Virus record (IMG/VR): IMGVR_UViG_3300030419_007436
Location: 1 to 64,000 of that record
Strand: one strand, 5' to 3'
DNA: 64,000 bases
DNA from: a virus
In this document: positions 10,301 to 18,922 of the stretch, in pieces
Numbering within the stretch: the first letter of the stretch is position 1
How the letters are laid out: the number at the start of each line of letters is the position of its first letter
The notes under the pieces: model-generated
What the model saw: the letters and a program-made list of their open reading frames with translations, nothing else
The model's database searches: none
Told to the model about the DNA's origin: nothing
Made by a program: the position numbers and the translations under genes

Positions 10301-13300
10301 GTATACCACTTTTGTTTATGGTCAACCACGTAGCTTTCAATATGTTCACTAATTCTAAATTCTGGTATTATTCCAAAGTCTTTTCCTATTCTCTTTATAT
10401 CTTCTGCATATTCCTCGTATGTTTCAAAAGATGGATTAGCCCCTATTTGTTCACCAGCTTCCCATTTTGTATCACCAGCATATATTAAAGTGTTTGCACC
10501 ATAAACTTCTGGAACTTTTCTATTATAGTTTGCTCCAGCTTTTGGGCCCTGATGATATGTGTTGGCTTTTGAGTGGAAAAGAGAATAACCATTTTGTAGT
10601 TCTCCTTCGGATCCGGATGCGTTGTCATGAATTAATTCAGCGAACCCCTCGCGAGCGTCGAGAGACCAAATACTTTGTGAAATTGCAGCCGTACGGATTG
10701 CTACTCCTTGGGAATTATATGTATCAGGAGTGAAACTATTTACCGTACTACTAGCTGACAGAGGCTGTGTTCTTTCCGTTCTCTTATCTCTCCAAAAATG
10801 ATTAAGAAAAAATTCTCTTTGGCGAGCCATTTTTGTATAAGTATAATGTTCCCGTGGGAAAATTATTTCTGAAACCTCTAAGTTAACTAATTCACTAATT
10901 GGATTTGCTGTGCCTCCAACATAAGTGTCGGAATTTAGAATTAAATAATTGTTTAGCAAATCATAAGTTAAGAGTTTTTTTGTTTGATGTAAAGTTTTTG
11001 TAGTATTACCAGCCTTGGAATACACAACAGGAGAAGTATTTAAATTAATTAATCCCGATACTTTTGAATCAGGTATATTTGTAAAATAGCCCTTTTCATT
11101 TCCATATGTTGTCCACATTGTTGTGTAATTTGTTGTTTCTTCATCGTGGTTAATTTTATATTTCAAACGATATTTTAGCGGCTTAAACCTAGAGGTTACT
11201 ACCGGCTCGCTTTGAGAGAGTACAGAAATACTCTGACCAACAAAACCACCGTCTGATATCGTTTTATCCACAGTTTTAAATGTTTGAATATTGTGTGCAT
11301 AATTATAGCGCATGACAGGATGCCATGAGCCTCTAGTTTGTTTCCAAGAAGGCCAGCCATAGGGGCCCTGGCGGTGGATAATAAGGCTGTTAAAGTCGTT
11401 AGGTTGTGCTAAAGATACAATGTTCGTATTTCTGTAATCTTTACTTGAAGCACTCAACATATTTAGAGATGAATAAATGGGGTCGTATATTACTGCATTA
11501 GTGCCAGCAAAATCAGACGACAAACCATTAAACCCACTAGAACTAACATGACTTCCCGTGGAGAATGTGATGTCGGTCGAAGCCAAGTTAGCATTGCTGA
11601 AGTCTGGCTGAGAAAAGCCGTATAAAACAGATCCGGTGTAGCCATCGGTAAGACTGGCTGTGATCCATTGGTATTGCAAGTCTGTTTGTGGAATCTGATG
11701 TTGTACAAACCAATTATCATATGCATAATCTTCTTCAGTACCAACACATGCGTCAGGGCAAATTTGACTAGAATATTTAATTACCTTTCGAGGGTTCCTG
11801 TTTATTTTATGAAATGAGGCTGACGCGTCGGGATATCCTGCCGCAGTATAATAGTTAGTTGCATTTACAGTCCCGCTGGTACCAGGATAAACCATATTAG
11901 ATAGACGCTCGTGAGCATATGCCCAACTTCCGGAGGAAAAGGCGTCACTAAAATAGCCGAATTGTTTTGAATGATCTCTATAAAGTTCGCCCATTCTTTC
12001 TCTGACAAGTAAGTTTCTCCAAGGGAGAGCATTATAAACAGAATATTCGGCAGACTCTAAGTCCAAAAAGCCTTGGCCCATTGTAGTGACATCGCCCGGG
12101 GCGGCGAACCTATTAACGATTATACTTTCAGTAGTCTTTCCCCTTTGTGGCACTGCAAAATCAATTACACCACTAACCAGAGTTTCTTGACCTCCGACTG
12201 TGATTCCTTCATTTTCGACAAAGAATTTGTTGTTAATTGCTCTTTCGTTCGTTATAAGAACTTCATAATTTTTAGTATAATTGCCAAGACCTTGAGCATC
12301 TGTCGTTTGTACAATATTTTTAATGTTTAGTGGGCGTTTGGCGGTCTCGTCCCTAAGCATGTTTCCTCTTGGCAAGTGCAATAAATTAGAGCCCGAGGTG
12401 GGTCCATAAAAATAAAGATTATAATCTTGAATTTTTAAACGAAAGCCTTCAGGTCGAGTTGTTCGGTCATCTCCCGAATCAGTACCGCCAGCAAATCCTG
12501 AAACAATGGGAGTAATAAAATTATGTGTAATCACTGTGTTGCCGGTCGAACCAGCAGTATCTTGAGTTAAAAGTAAGACTTTTGCACTATATGGGTTAAC
12601 TTCTGCAAGAATCTTTCCATTGTGGCCCGATGAGTGGTTGATGCAATCTCTTAAAGATTGCGCAGCAAAATACTCACCACGCATAAATTCATTGGCCGCT
12701 TTATTTTCTGAATTTTTGGCAGTATATGTTCTAGAGGTTCCATCAGCTGATATGATAGTAATTGTTTGACCTGCGGAGGGCGACCCTGGAATAAATGATA
12801 TTTCTGCTGTTGCCTTTCTTGTTGTGCTAAGGTTAACGTCGACATGTCTATATTGATGTCCACCAACATGTTTTTCCGTAAATGGGCTTTGTAGTGGCCT
12901 TCCAGAGAGATTAGACATGTAAATATCTTCGTGAAGATTTGTGATATCCACTGCAGATTTAAAATTATTCGCTAATTCAGAGTGATAACCTCCGGAGATA
13001 GAAGCGCTGTATATATTAAATGCTGAAAACAAGTTTCCTTTCGTATTCAAAAAAGATTCTTTCTTCAGCGGATCAGAAACATCAGATTGCATATATCCAC
13101 CAAATGAATATTTGCGCGTTTCTAAAAGGTTTGAGTTGTCGTTACAAACTTCAAAAGGCACAAAATCAGAAGATTTGACAACAAAGAAATTTCCAGGCTC
13201 ATGTCCCGACATCTCTTTTCGAAAAATATCAGTTTGCTTATTTGCACGTGAACTAACACCTTCTTGGGTTGTTTTCGACTCATCTATCCTCAGTCTAAGT

Positions 13301-16300
13301 GGTGTTGCGAGCCTTCTGGTTGCAAACGTAGAGCCGGAATATGTAGTAATTGTAGCAGATCCAGAAGAGCCTAGAGTCGGTGCAGAAGCGTTCGTTAAAT
13401 TATTGATAGAGTTTGATATGGATTGCTTGTTAGAATCAATATTAGAGTCACCTGAAGAAATGTCTGCCTGGTCTCTTTCAGCGCGGTCTTTCCACCAAAG
13501 GCAATTATCATTCTCCCCGCCATTTCCGCCGGAAAAATTTGAAGTTGTAGCATTAGTAAAATCACTTGTAATTGCTGTATTTCCTCGTACACCACCCCTT
13601 GTTTGTGATAAGTTTACTATCCGATCATCTCCAGCATTTATCTGTGCAGATATTTTTCCATTGTGGCCTGCGGCGGCGTTGATACAATCCCTTAAAGAAG
13701 TTGCAACTGCCTGGAGGTTTGGAACTGGATTGCGTTTAAATTGATTGGCTGATGTATTTTCTGTATTTTTGCCAACATATGTTATAGACGTTCCGTCAGT
13801 CGACACAATTGTAACTTCTTCATTCAAAGAAGGAGCGCCGGGAACAAAAGATATTTCTGCTGTTGCCTTTTCAAGGACCGGTGCATGGCCAGACTTCCAA
13901 TTATATGAAAGCTCGGATCCGCCGAGCATTGTTCCTTCCGGGTCTGACGTCTTGTCTTCAAATGTGGGATATTGCCATTTATATTTATTTCTTTGAAGAA
14001 CCGTGTTTTCAACAACAGTTCTTACGGCGCTTCCGTATTCATCTTTAATGTCTGAAGACATTGGCACTAAGTGACCCAAAAGGGTATCAAGGGTAATATC
14101 TACCCACTTGTAAAAATCAATATATTTGTCTAAATCTGGAGTGTTGCCAACTCTTTCAAAGAAAAGTTCCCTGAGTTTTGACATCAACTTATAATCATCT
14201 CGATATTTATTTACAGGTTCACCAATCAAATTATTAAAATCTTTAATCGTTGAAAACATCTTGACCATCTCATCAGAAATCGACTGGTACATGCTTTTTT
14301 CAATTGATGTATAATAATTTGTAGGCCTCATCAATTCGCCCTTGTTAAAAAATTTGTCATCATCTTCTAAAATATTTACCATATCAGAGCTATTGATTGT
14401 CTCGGGAAGTTGTTTTTTAGCAGAATAAACATATTTCTTGTTTACTGAGTTACTATAGTTTAATGGAAAATTATCTCCTTTTGGTAGATATTGTTTACCA
14501 ACAATTTCACCCAAAGGCCCATACATACGTACTTTGTCCGCGGAACCAGAAGAAAAATCTTCTCCTAAAAATTGACCGCTTGAATCAGAACCAGTAACGG
14601 TATTAAATTCCCAATTTACAGCTAGGGTGTCAATTTCTGGTATTCTAATTCCCGATACGGACGTGGGATATAAATATGTGCTTCTATAAGGATGGTCAGT
14701 ACCATAATTTTTTGTATCTTGGTGGTGTTGTTTTATTGTTCCCGTTGGTAAGTGTTTAAACCATACGCGTGCCGAAGATATATTACAATCTGATTTATGT
14801 ACAAGGCTTCCAGAAAAATTTGTACGGTGAGCACCAATATAAGGCGCCTTCGGATAGTTCATAAATCGCCAGCCTGCATGGGAACTTATAGTGCCGGTCG
14901 TATAAAATTCATTCTTAATGACATCTATTATTTTTTCAACACCATAAAATTCAACCGTATATCCCTCGACAGCAACAGAGCCAGAAGATCCGGCAATTAA
15001 ATTTGCATTTACTTTTGGTTTGAGAGTTACCGAGAAGGTCCAGCGACTGTCATCAAAGACATCATCAACGTAGCTGCTAGTTAAGTTAAGAGGCGCAATA
15101 ACAGAATCTCCAACGCCAGTTAATATAAACTTACACCGCTTTGAATAATCACTAGATTTTGCTGCAATAACCTGAAAATTTGCATAGTTATCTGCTGCCC
15201 AAGTTAAATCATTTCCAGTTGCATCTAATTCTAATTGGTGCATTCCAAAAAGTGAAGCGCTCAAGACAGGAACATAACTTCTAAATTGTCTGCTTGGGCC
15301 CTTTGTCGTAGAAACAATTGTATTTGAATTTGCTAAGCTGTGTCTGATGGGGAAATGAACTTCAGTTTCCATGGTGAAACCCATATAAGTTGTAAGATCA
15401 TTGCTTCCAGAAAGAATCGCTTTTGAATTTGGATTTGTACTAGATGAATGTGGATAAACGGTTGCCTCTGCGGTACCCGTTAAACCAAAATTAATATATT
15501 TTTTGTATTCAGATACAGATTTAAAATTATCTTTTAAAGTGTATTTTACTCGATTTCCATATGTATTGATTCTGTATATCTCATCTCCGAGGCCGAAGCA
15601 ATGCATTAAGTTGCGAAAAGATTTTTCTGTACCTTTTGTCTTATATATGTAAACGATATTATTATAAATATTTTGATATATTTTATTCTTTACATCATAT
15701 AATTTCTCTTCAAAAAGTTTTTTGTCGTTTCTGCTTCTAAAGTGTTCTAGCGCTGTTGCATCAGCAAACAACTCAGGAAAATATGTAAATCCTAAAGACT
15801 GCAACATTCTATCTGCAAAAGGATATGCCTTGGCGCTAGAGCTAACATAGTTCTTGTGTTTTAGTTGAGAGATTAATGAAATGTTTTGAGAAAGAGAATC
15901 AAAATAACTTCCTATAATTTGAGTTAAGTTCTTTAATGGAGAATATTCTGCAGTTTCATCATTTTCTGTTACCCATTCTGGGTATGAGCTATATAATGAC
16001 GCATTGTTGGAGAAATCGTGAATTCTACCATCTTGCTTCTTTTCTTCCCGCACACTAGCAACAGTTGGGTGAAAACTATAAAGTATAGGATCTTTAAATT
16101 CTTTATTGATTAGGCTAGAACTCACCATTGCGGAACCAACATTTCTAGCAGAAGAGTTATAGCCTACAAAGTTACCATTACTAATTCTTCCAGAATAATC
16201 CAACACTGTTTTGTCATATGTTGAATCTCCTGTAATTCCCTCATTGAATTTATAGTAAACGCCCAAAGTTGTGTTTGCGTCATCAGTATTTGTGCCACCG

Positions 16301-17394
16301 CCAACAGGCTCAATCATATATCGTGCAATCTCTTGCGTACTTCTTTGTGTTTTCCAAAATCTGAACTCGTCTAGCGAACCTGATAATTTTCCCCAACCTA
16401 AATTTGGAAGAAACGTCCCAGAAGGAGCAAGAGCGAGGGAACCAATCGTTGCGTTTATGTTTCCGCTTATATATCCCACCGAAGAACCAAGTGTTGTTGT
16501 ACTGTCACAAGCTCCGTCGACATATATTCTAAGCTGTACGCTGTCTCCAATATTTTTAAGAGCAAATGCATAATGATGCCAATTGCCATCAGCAATAGAA
16601 GATGTCGTTATGGAAGAACCAACCGTTTGGTCTGAAAAGCCCGTAGTACCGGACATGTAGGTCAACCTAAAGGGCGACGCGTCGACGGCCGAGGTCATTT
16701 CAATTGTTAAACGACCATAATCTGCACTGGAAGAAGCAAAATCAGTAGTATATGCATCGAATATTACTTCCCGGCCGGTAAGAGAATTAACAAAGGCGTC
16801 CTTTTTCATCCAGAACTCTACTGTATTTCCCTCTATTCCTCCAAGCTTTAGATTGCATTCTCTGTTTTTTGTGGGATCCCAAACTCCAGAATATCCACTT
16901 TTATAATCTCCACTAATGTCAGTTATGCTTTTTGATTTAGAGCGGGAAGACGATCTCGGGCCACCAAATGTTAATATATATTCATAAGATGCTGTGGCTG
17001 GGGCGCCATAATTATCTGAATTTCCAACCTGAGTACCCCAACCTTCTGCTGAAAGTATTACATGGCCGTTTGTTCTAGGATAAACATGATCAAAAACATA
17101 TAAATCAAAGAAAGATGAGCTTAATTCCCATTGAATTCTTTCTTTTAAAGAGCCATCGTAAGGATAGGTTTTATATATTCTATCAATAGAATCAATATAA
17201 TATTTTTCTGCAGATCCAAAGCGAGCAAACTGAGTGGGATCAGAGAGATCTAAAGGAGGAATAAACCTTTCCTTTTTGTTGAAATACTCCTCCATATAAC
17301 CAACAGATTCCACCTCCGCTGTTAAGCTTTCTGGATCTGCATTGGTTAGAATTATCTCGTTTTGTTCATAAAGTTTTTTATAATCAATTCCCAT
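7327..17394 (-). CDS. Giant LamG/concanavalin-A-like domain virion protein (baseplate/fibre-associated), 3355 aa
   Basis: LamG motifs TVEFWMK, DGNWHHYAFA, LRIYVDG and LSGSLDEFRFW at about 16200-16850. A second, weaker LamG-like region lies at about 14600-15400. There is an internal duplicated ~113-aa domain, and the gene follows the baseplate wedge genes. Confidence 0.75.
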   Translation of the reverse strand: MGIDYKKLYEQNEIILTNADPESLTAEVESVGYMEEYFNKKERFIPPLDLSDPTQFARFGSAEKYYIDSIDRIYKTYPYDGSLKERIQWELSSSFFDLYVFDHVYPRTNGHVILSAEGWGTQVGNSDNYGAPATASYEYILTFGGPRSSSRSKSKSITDISGDYKSGYSGVWDPTKNRECNLKLGGIEGNTVEFWMKKDAFVNSLTGREVIFDAYTTDFASSSADYGRLTIEMTSAVDASPFRLTYMSGTTGFSDQTVGSSITTSSIADGNWHHYAFALKNIGDSVQLRIYVDGACDSTTTLGSSVGYISGNINATIGSLALAPSGTFLPNLGWGKLSGSLDEFRFWKTQRSTQEIARYMIEPVGGGTNTDDANTTLGVYYKFNEGITGDSTYDKTVLDYSGRISNGNFVGYNSSARNVGSAMVSSSLINKEFKDPILYSFHPTVASVREEKKQDGRIHDFSNNASLYSSYPEWVTENDETAEYSPLKNLTQIIGSYFDSLSQNISLISQLKHKNYVSSSAKAYPFADRMLQSLGFTYFPELFADATALEHFRSRNDKKLFEEKLYDVKNKIYQNIYNNIVYIYKTKGTEKSFRNLMHCFGLGDEIYRINTYGNRVKYTLKDNFKSVSEYKKYINFGLTGTAEATVYPHSSSTNPNSKAILSGSNDLTTYMGFTMETEVHFPIRHSLANSNTIVSTTKGPSRQFRSYVPVLSASLFGMHQLELDATGNDLTWAADNYANFQVIAAKSSDYSKRCKFILTGVGDSVIAPLNLTSSYVDDVFDDSRWTFSVTLKPKVNANLIAGSSGSVAVEGYTVEFYGVEKIIDVIKNEFYTTGTISSHAGWRFMNYPKAPYIGAHRTNFSGSLVHKSDCNISSARVWFKHLPTGTIKQHHQDTKNYGTDHPYRSTYLYPTSVSGIRIPEIDTLAVNWEFNTVTGSDSSGQFLGEDFSSGSADKVRMYGPLGEIVGKQYLPKGDNFPLNYSNSVNKKYVYSAKKQLPETINSSDMVNILEDDDKFFNKGELMRPTNYYTSIEKSMYQSISDEMVKMFSTIKDFNNLIGEPVNKYRDDYKLMSKLRELFFERVGNTPDLDKYIDFYKWVDITLDTLLGHLVPMSSDIKDEYGSAVRTVVENTVLQRNKYKWQYPTFEDKTSDPEGTMLGGSELSYNWKSGHAPVLEKATAEISFVPGAPSLNEEVTIVSTDGTSITYVGKNTENTSANQFKRNPVPNLQAVATSLRDCINAAAGHNGKISAQINAGDDRIVNLSQTRGGVRGNTAITSDFTNATTSNFSGGNGGENDNCLWWKDRAERDQADISSGDSNIDSNKQSISNSINNLTNASAPTLGSSGSATITTYSGSTFATRRLATPLRLRIDESKTTQEGVSSRANKQTDIFRKEMSGHEPGNFFVVKSSDFVPFEVCNDNSNLLETRKYSFGGYMQSDVSDPLKKESFLNTKGNLFSAFNIYSASISGGYHSELANNFKSAVDITNLHEDIYMSNLSGRPLQSPFTEKHVGGHQYRHVDVNLSTTRKATAEISFIPGSPSAGQTITIISADGTSRTYTAKNSENKAANEFMRGEYFAAQSLRDCINHSSGHNGKILAEVNPYSAKVLLLTQDTAGSTGNTVITHNFITPIVSGFAGGTDSGDDRTTRPEGFRLKIQDYNLYFYGPTSGSNLLHLPRGNMLRDETAKRPLNIKNIVQTTDAQGLGNYTKNYEVLITNERAINNKFFVENEGITVGGQETLVSGVIDFAVPQRGKTTESIIVNRFAAPGDVTTMGQGFLDLESAEYSVYNALPWRNLLVRERMGELYRDHSKQFGYFSDAFSSGSWAYAHERLSNMVYPGTSGTVNATNYYTAAGYPDASASFHKINRNPRKVIKYSSQICPDACVGTEEDYAYDNWFVQHQIPQTDLQYQWITASLTDGYTGSVLYGFSQPDFSNANLASTDITFSTGSHVSSSGFNGLSSDFAGTNAVIYDPIYSSLNMLSASSKDYRNTNIVSLAQPNDFNSLIIHRQGPYGWPSWKQTRGSWHPVMRYNYAHNIQTFKTVDKTISDGGFVGQSISVLSQSEPVVTSRFKPLKYRLKYKINHDEETTNYTTMWTTYGNEKGYFTNIPDSKVSGLINLNTSPVVYSKAGNTTKTLHQTKKLLTYDLLNNYLILNSDTYVGGTANPISELVNLEVSEIIFPREHYTYTKMARQREFFLNHFWRDKRTERTQPLSASSTVNSFTPDTYNSQGVAIRTAAISQSIWSLDAREGFAELIHDNASGSEGELQNGYSLFHSKANTYHQGPKAGANYNRKVPEVYGANTLIYAGDTKWEAGEQIGANPSFETYEEYAEDIKRIGKDFGIIPEFRISEHIESYVVDHKQKWYTHKPSGFLTLSGSRHSSSEDNSFYTIFAHSDFMKYFKPIRGDFSETAIPTKLTLKCKGITKLLPYDGFYPAERTVQIAKLFSQSYGPNANLQGTDSNWKTMVAPLFAPGILFNSIKSGIAVDYPIITSSVGDSVIEFTGAGPEFTAPGGSAGATAPPLDHDPALKGDRFDTRIPFEALAAPDWHLVGKTIVDSEPHPSASINSTGTFKRPANPLFKYAMNNFLAETPYFFLGGTDGTKGSKFGPLSSLVSKAYIDPDTAANPDASNNVINVEANVPYRMRIICSHALNRDLYDIHNDSNYQLNYPSFIYNEPTLTMYNRSFDRTKTTLHGYTTTYVGPRNKTQAYGSSFGPPCDATTVMTVAMAGHTPSAPKPWEESSFEPYTPPYYDGYSHLELTYIPNEGGDKSITDIMKDVTVTSYRETTRPHSRLSGTTAWMNGMPLSASINWNQIVSVPSKAGLEERLVIQPKWECPVLDFAQAPITLPEYGSDSVAKGMWHQAGTIPSAYSGIILEVKDIPHKEIEADPDTYLNTQSLSKLLGFKDSNVPQWTKIGEIPDEGKTISEAIVAIPFRYDHNQKNKFYFPINRTTIDWAQAIIDGKEADLEQQLKKLPPLRKPANSVVKMVNSMRKYSIPPQFDFLNNVSQNPFAMVFFEFSMHLNQDDLVNIWQNVLPNAERKNAASGIQCAVGEIDIGLNLLSEWDKTKDATWPYEEYKGFDLLNSKPAEPWGGGLPNNIQWMVFKVKQKAQTNYFDLTAQRDLGKRTKQVLMPTFTTGPSFWGLPGMPMLTFTPIEVPIQPKIFGSEIPPYSYNWPYDFCSIVELAKIESTARFEPHDSLSTLGQNKNKDFNISMKDILDSVGDNNPPVFGISDNISDFDIKKTKAAVTSADILENFVNIPGGGATANTMKAAASALDKLNAQAAAAAAAASAVKIAADPLFTSAAVNLGASAWNLNRIVTTDSINKAEATDKKATDLGALGKLGKMKPSGGGLY
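12485..12817 (-). repeat. Copy 2 of an intragenic duplicated ~113-aa domain
   Basis: KATAEISFIPGSPS...DGTSRTY...SLRDCINHSSGHNGKI...GNTVIT...FAGG. It shares the exact 21-mer gatatttctgctgttgccttt (12797-12817) with copy 1. Confidence 0.9.
13526..13870 (-). repeat. Copy 1 of an intragenic duplicated ~113-aa domain
   Basis: KATAEISFVPGAPS...DGTSITY...SLRDCINAAAGHNGKI...GNTAIT...FSGG. The 21-mer is at 13850-13870. Confidence 0.9.
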
Positions 17395-17395
17395 A

Positions 17396-18922
17396 TTAAT
17401 CTACTCTAAACTTAAATTCTTCTTCTTGTTCCACATACTGGCCGTTGAGGTAAAAAACAAATTTTATTGAATAAGTGTTGTCTGCCTCCAACAAGGACAT
17501 ATCTAAATCAAAGTAACTTCCGCTAGTGTCGAAACAAAGTCTTGTGTTATTATCACTGCCAGTACCGTAAGAAATAACTTCACAATCATCATTCACACGA
17601 CTTACTTTATAATATGAATCTTCAACCAAGTCAATTGGGGCATCCTGTGAAGCAACTGAGTAAATAGAAGGGCTCCAATCTTTCTTTCTGGTATAGAGTC
17701 TAAATCTAGCACTAGTATTTTGTGTAGAATAAGATGATTTTAAATTAGTTATTTTACTAACAAATTGTTGATTTGGGTTCATCGAGTTTCCTGACCAAAC
17801 CTGAGTTAAACTTTTGGGATCTATCGAGCTGGTAAAATATTCTACATGATCTTTATGCCACACATCAAATATTCGTGTTAAAGATGTTGAGCCCGTGAAA
17901 GCAAAAGAAGCTGAGTATATTCCAGTAGATACATAGGCTCCTGTTATATTCGTATGTCCGCTGGTTACAACACCACCGCCAGCACTCAAGGCTAGTTTAG
18001 ATGCGCTAGGCTCAGTATTATCTGAAGATCCGGAAAATATGCTTACAAATATTGACCCGGTACCAATTGCGGGAATATTTTTTAGTTGGCCGCGAACATA
18101 ATTGTAAAGATATATTGTGTTTAAATTATCTTCGGCTGGTGCTAGTGAGCTACTATAATAAAAATTTCCTCTGTCATCTTTTTTGGAGGAATCCCACCTA
18201 GCCTCAATGTATGGTCTTTTGAAAAAATATTGACTTCCTCTTGCGAAAAACTTCTTCGTATAGTAGGATGTTTCAGCATCCTCTTGTGCAGAATCTAACT
18301 TGATCAAAAGGCCGTGATTTGATTTTGAGCCTAAAACATTTCCACTGCTGTTTATCCACTGCTCAACTAGTGGAGTAATATCTAAGTTTATGTCTTCGAA
18401 TCCAGAATCAAAAGAGGCCGTAAAAGAAGAGGACGTGTCTGTATAAAAATCACCTCCTTCGGCTGTCCAGGCGCCTCCATCGGCGCTACTAGATGCAACT
18501 GCTGATGTCCAGTTTGCCGGATATTCATCAGAATAATTTTCCATATCTAGTCCGGTGCCCTCGTCCCAAGCCGTGGTTCGAGAGCTAGAAACTGCTGAAA
18601 CAATTAAGTCAAAGTTTTTAGGGGTGGTTTGAGAGTGTCTTGCATTAAACATTCTAAGATAGAAAGAAACGCTGCCAGACTCTGGTATATTAGATTGCTC
18701 TCTATCATATGACATATATTTTGAAGTTGAGCCGGTAACAGGAAATTTAATCAATATTCTTTCTAATTCAGAAGAAGAGGTGGATTCTTGTGCATAAATA
18801 GAAAAAACCTCTAATATGTCAGATTGTCCCATATTGCCACTAACGCCACGTTCTGTTAGGTTTGGTTTGTATGCATTGGTAATACTAGTGTCCGCGTCTG
18901 CAAAATATCTTTTAATTGCCAT
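17396..18922 (-). CDS. Ser-rich putative baseplate-associated structural protein (DNRLRE-like beta-sandwich N-terminal half), 508 aa
   Basis: It has a TAATG overlap with the baseplate wedge gene. The motifs ERILIKF, LDITPLVEQW, NHGLLIKL and KFFARGS..RPYIEARWD resemble DNRLRE-type domains (from memory). Confidence 0.55.
   Translation of the reverse strand: MAIKRYFADADTSITNAYKPNLTERGVSGNMGQSDILEVFSIYAQESTSSSELERILIKFPVTGSTSKYMSYDREQSNIPESGSVSFYLRMFNARHSQTTPKNFDLIVSAVSSSRTTAWDEGTGLDMENYSDEYPANWTSAVASSSADGGAWTAEGGDFYTDTSSSFTASFDSGFEDINLDITPLVEQWINSSGNVLGSKSNHGLLIKLDSAQEDAETSYYTKKFFARGSQYFFKRPYIEARWDSSKKDDRGNFYYSSSLAPAEDNLNTIYLYNYVRGQLKNIPAIGTGSIFVSIFSGSSDNTEPSASKLALSAGGGVVTSGHTNITGAYVSTGIYSASFAFTGSTSLTRIFDVWHKDHVEYFTSSIDPKSLTQVWSGNSMNPNQQFVSKITNLKSSYSTQNTSARFRLYTRKKDWSPSIYSVASQDAPIDLVEDSYYKVSRVNDDCEVISYGTGSDNNTRLCFDTSGSYFDLDMSLLEADNTYSIKFVFYLNGQYVEQEEEFKFRVD

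Noticed and set aside
13112-13744. 210-aa plus-strand ORF, plus the other plus-strand ORFs left of 60399 and from 62533 onward (e.g. 25953..26492, 36725..37105, 55654..56016)
   Set aside because: All lie antisense inside longer minus-strand genes that form a continuous operon, and none shows recognisable motifs.
12797-13870. The 21-nt exact repeat as a DGR template/variable repeat or CRISPR repeat
   Set aside because: There are only two copies, both in frame in a duplicated protein domain. Differences are not confined to adenines, and there is no reverse transcriptase or regular spacing. I saw no CRISPR array anywhere in the window.
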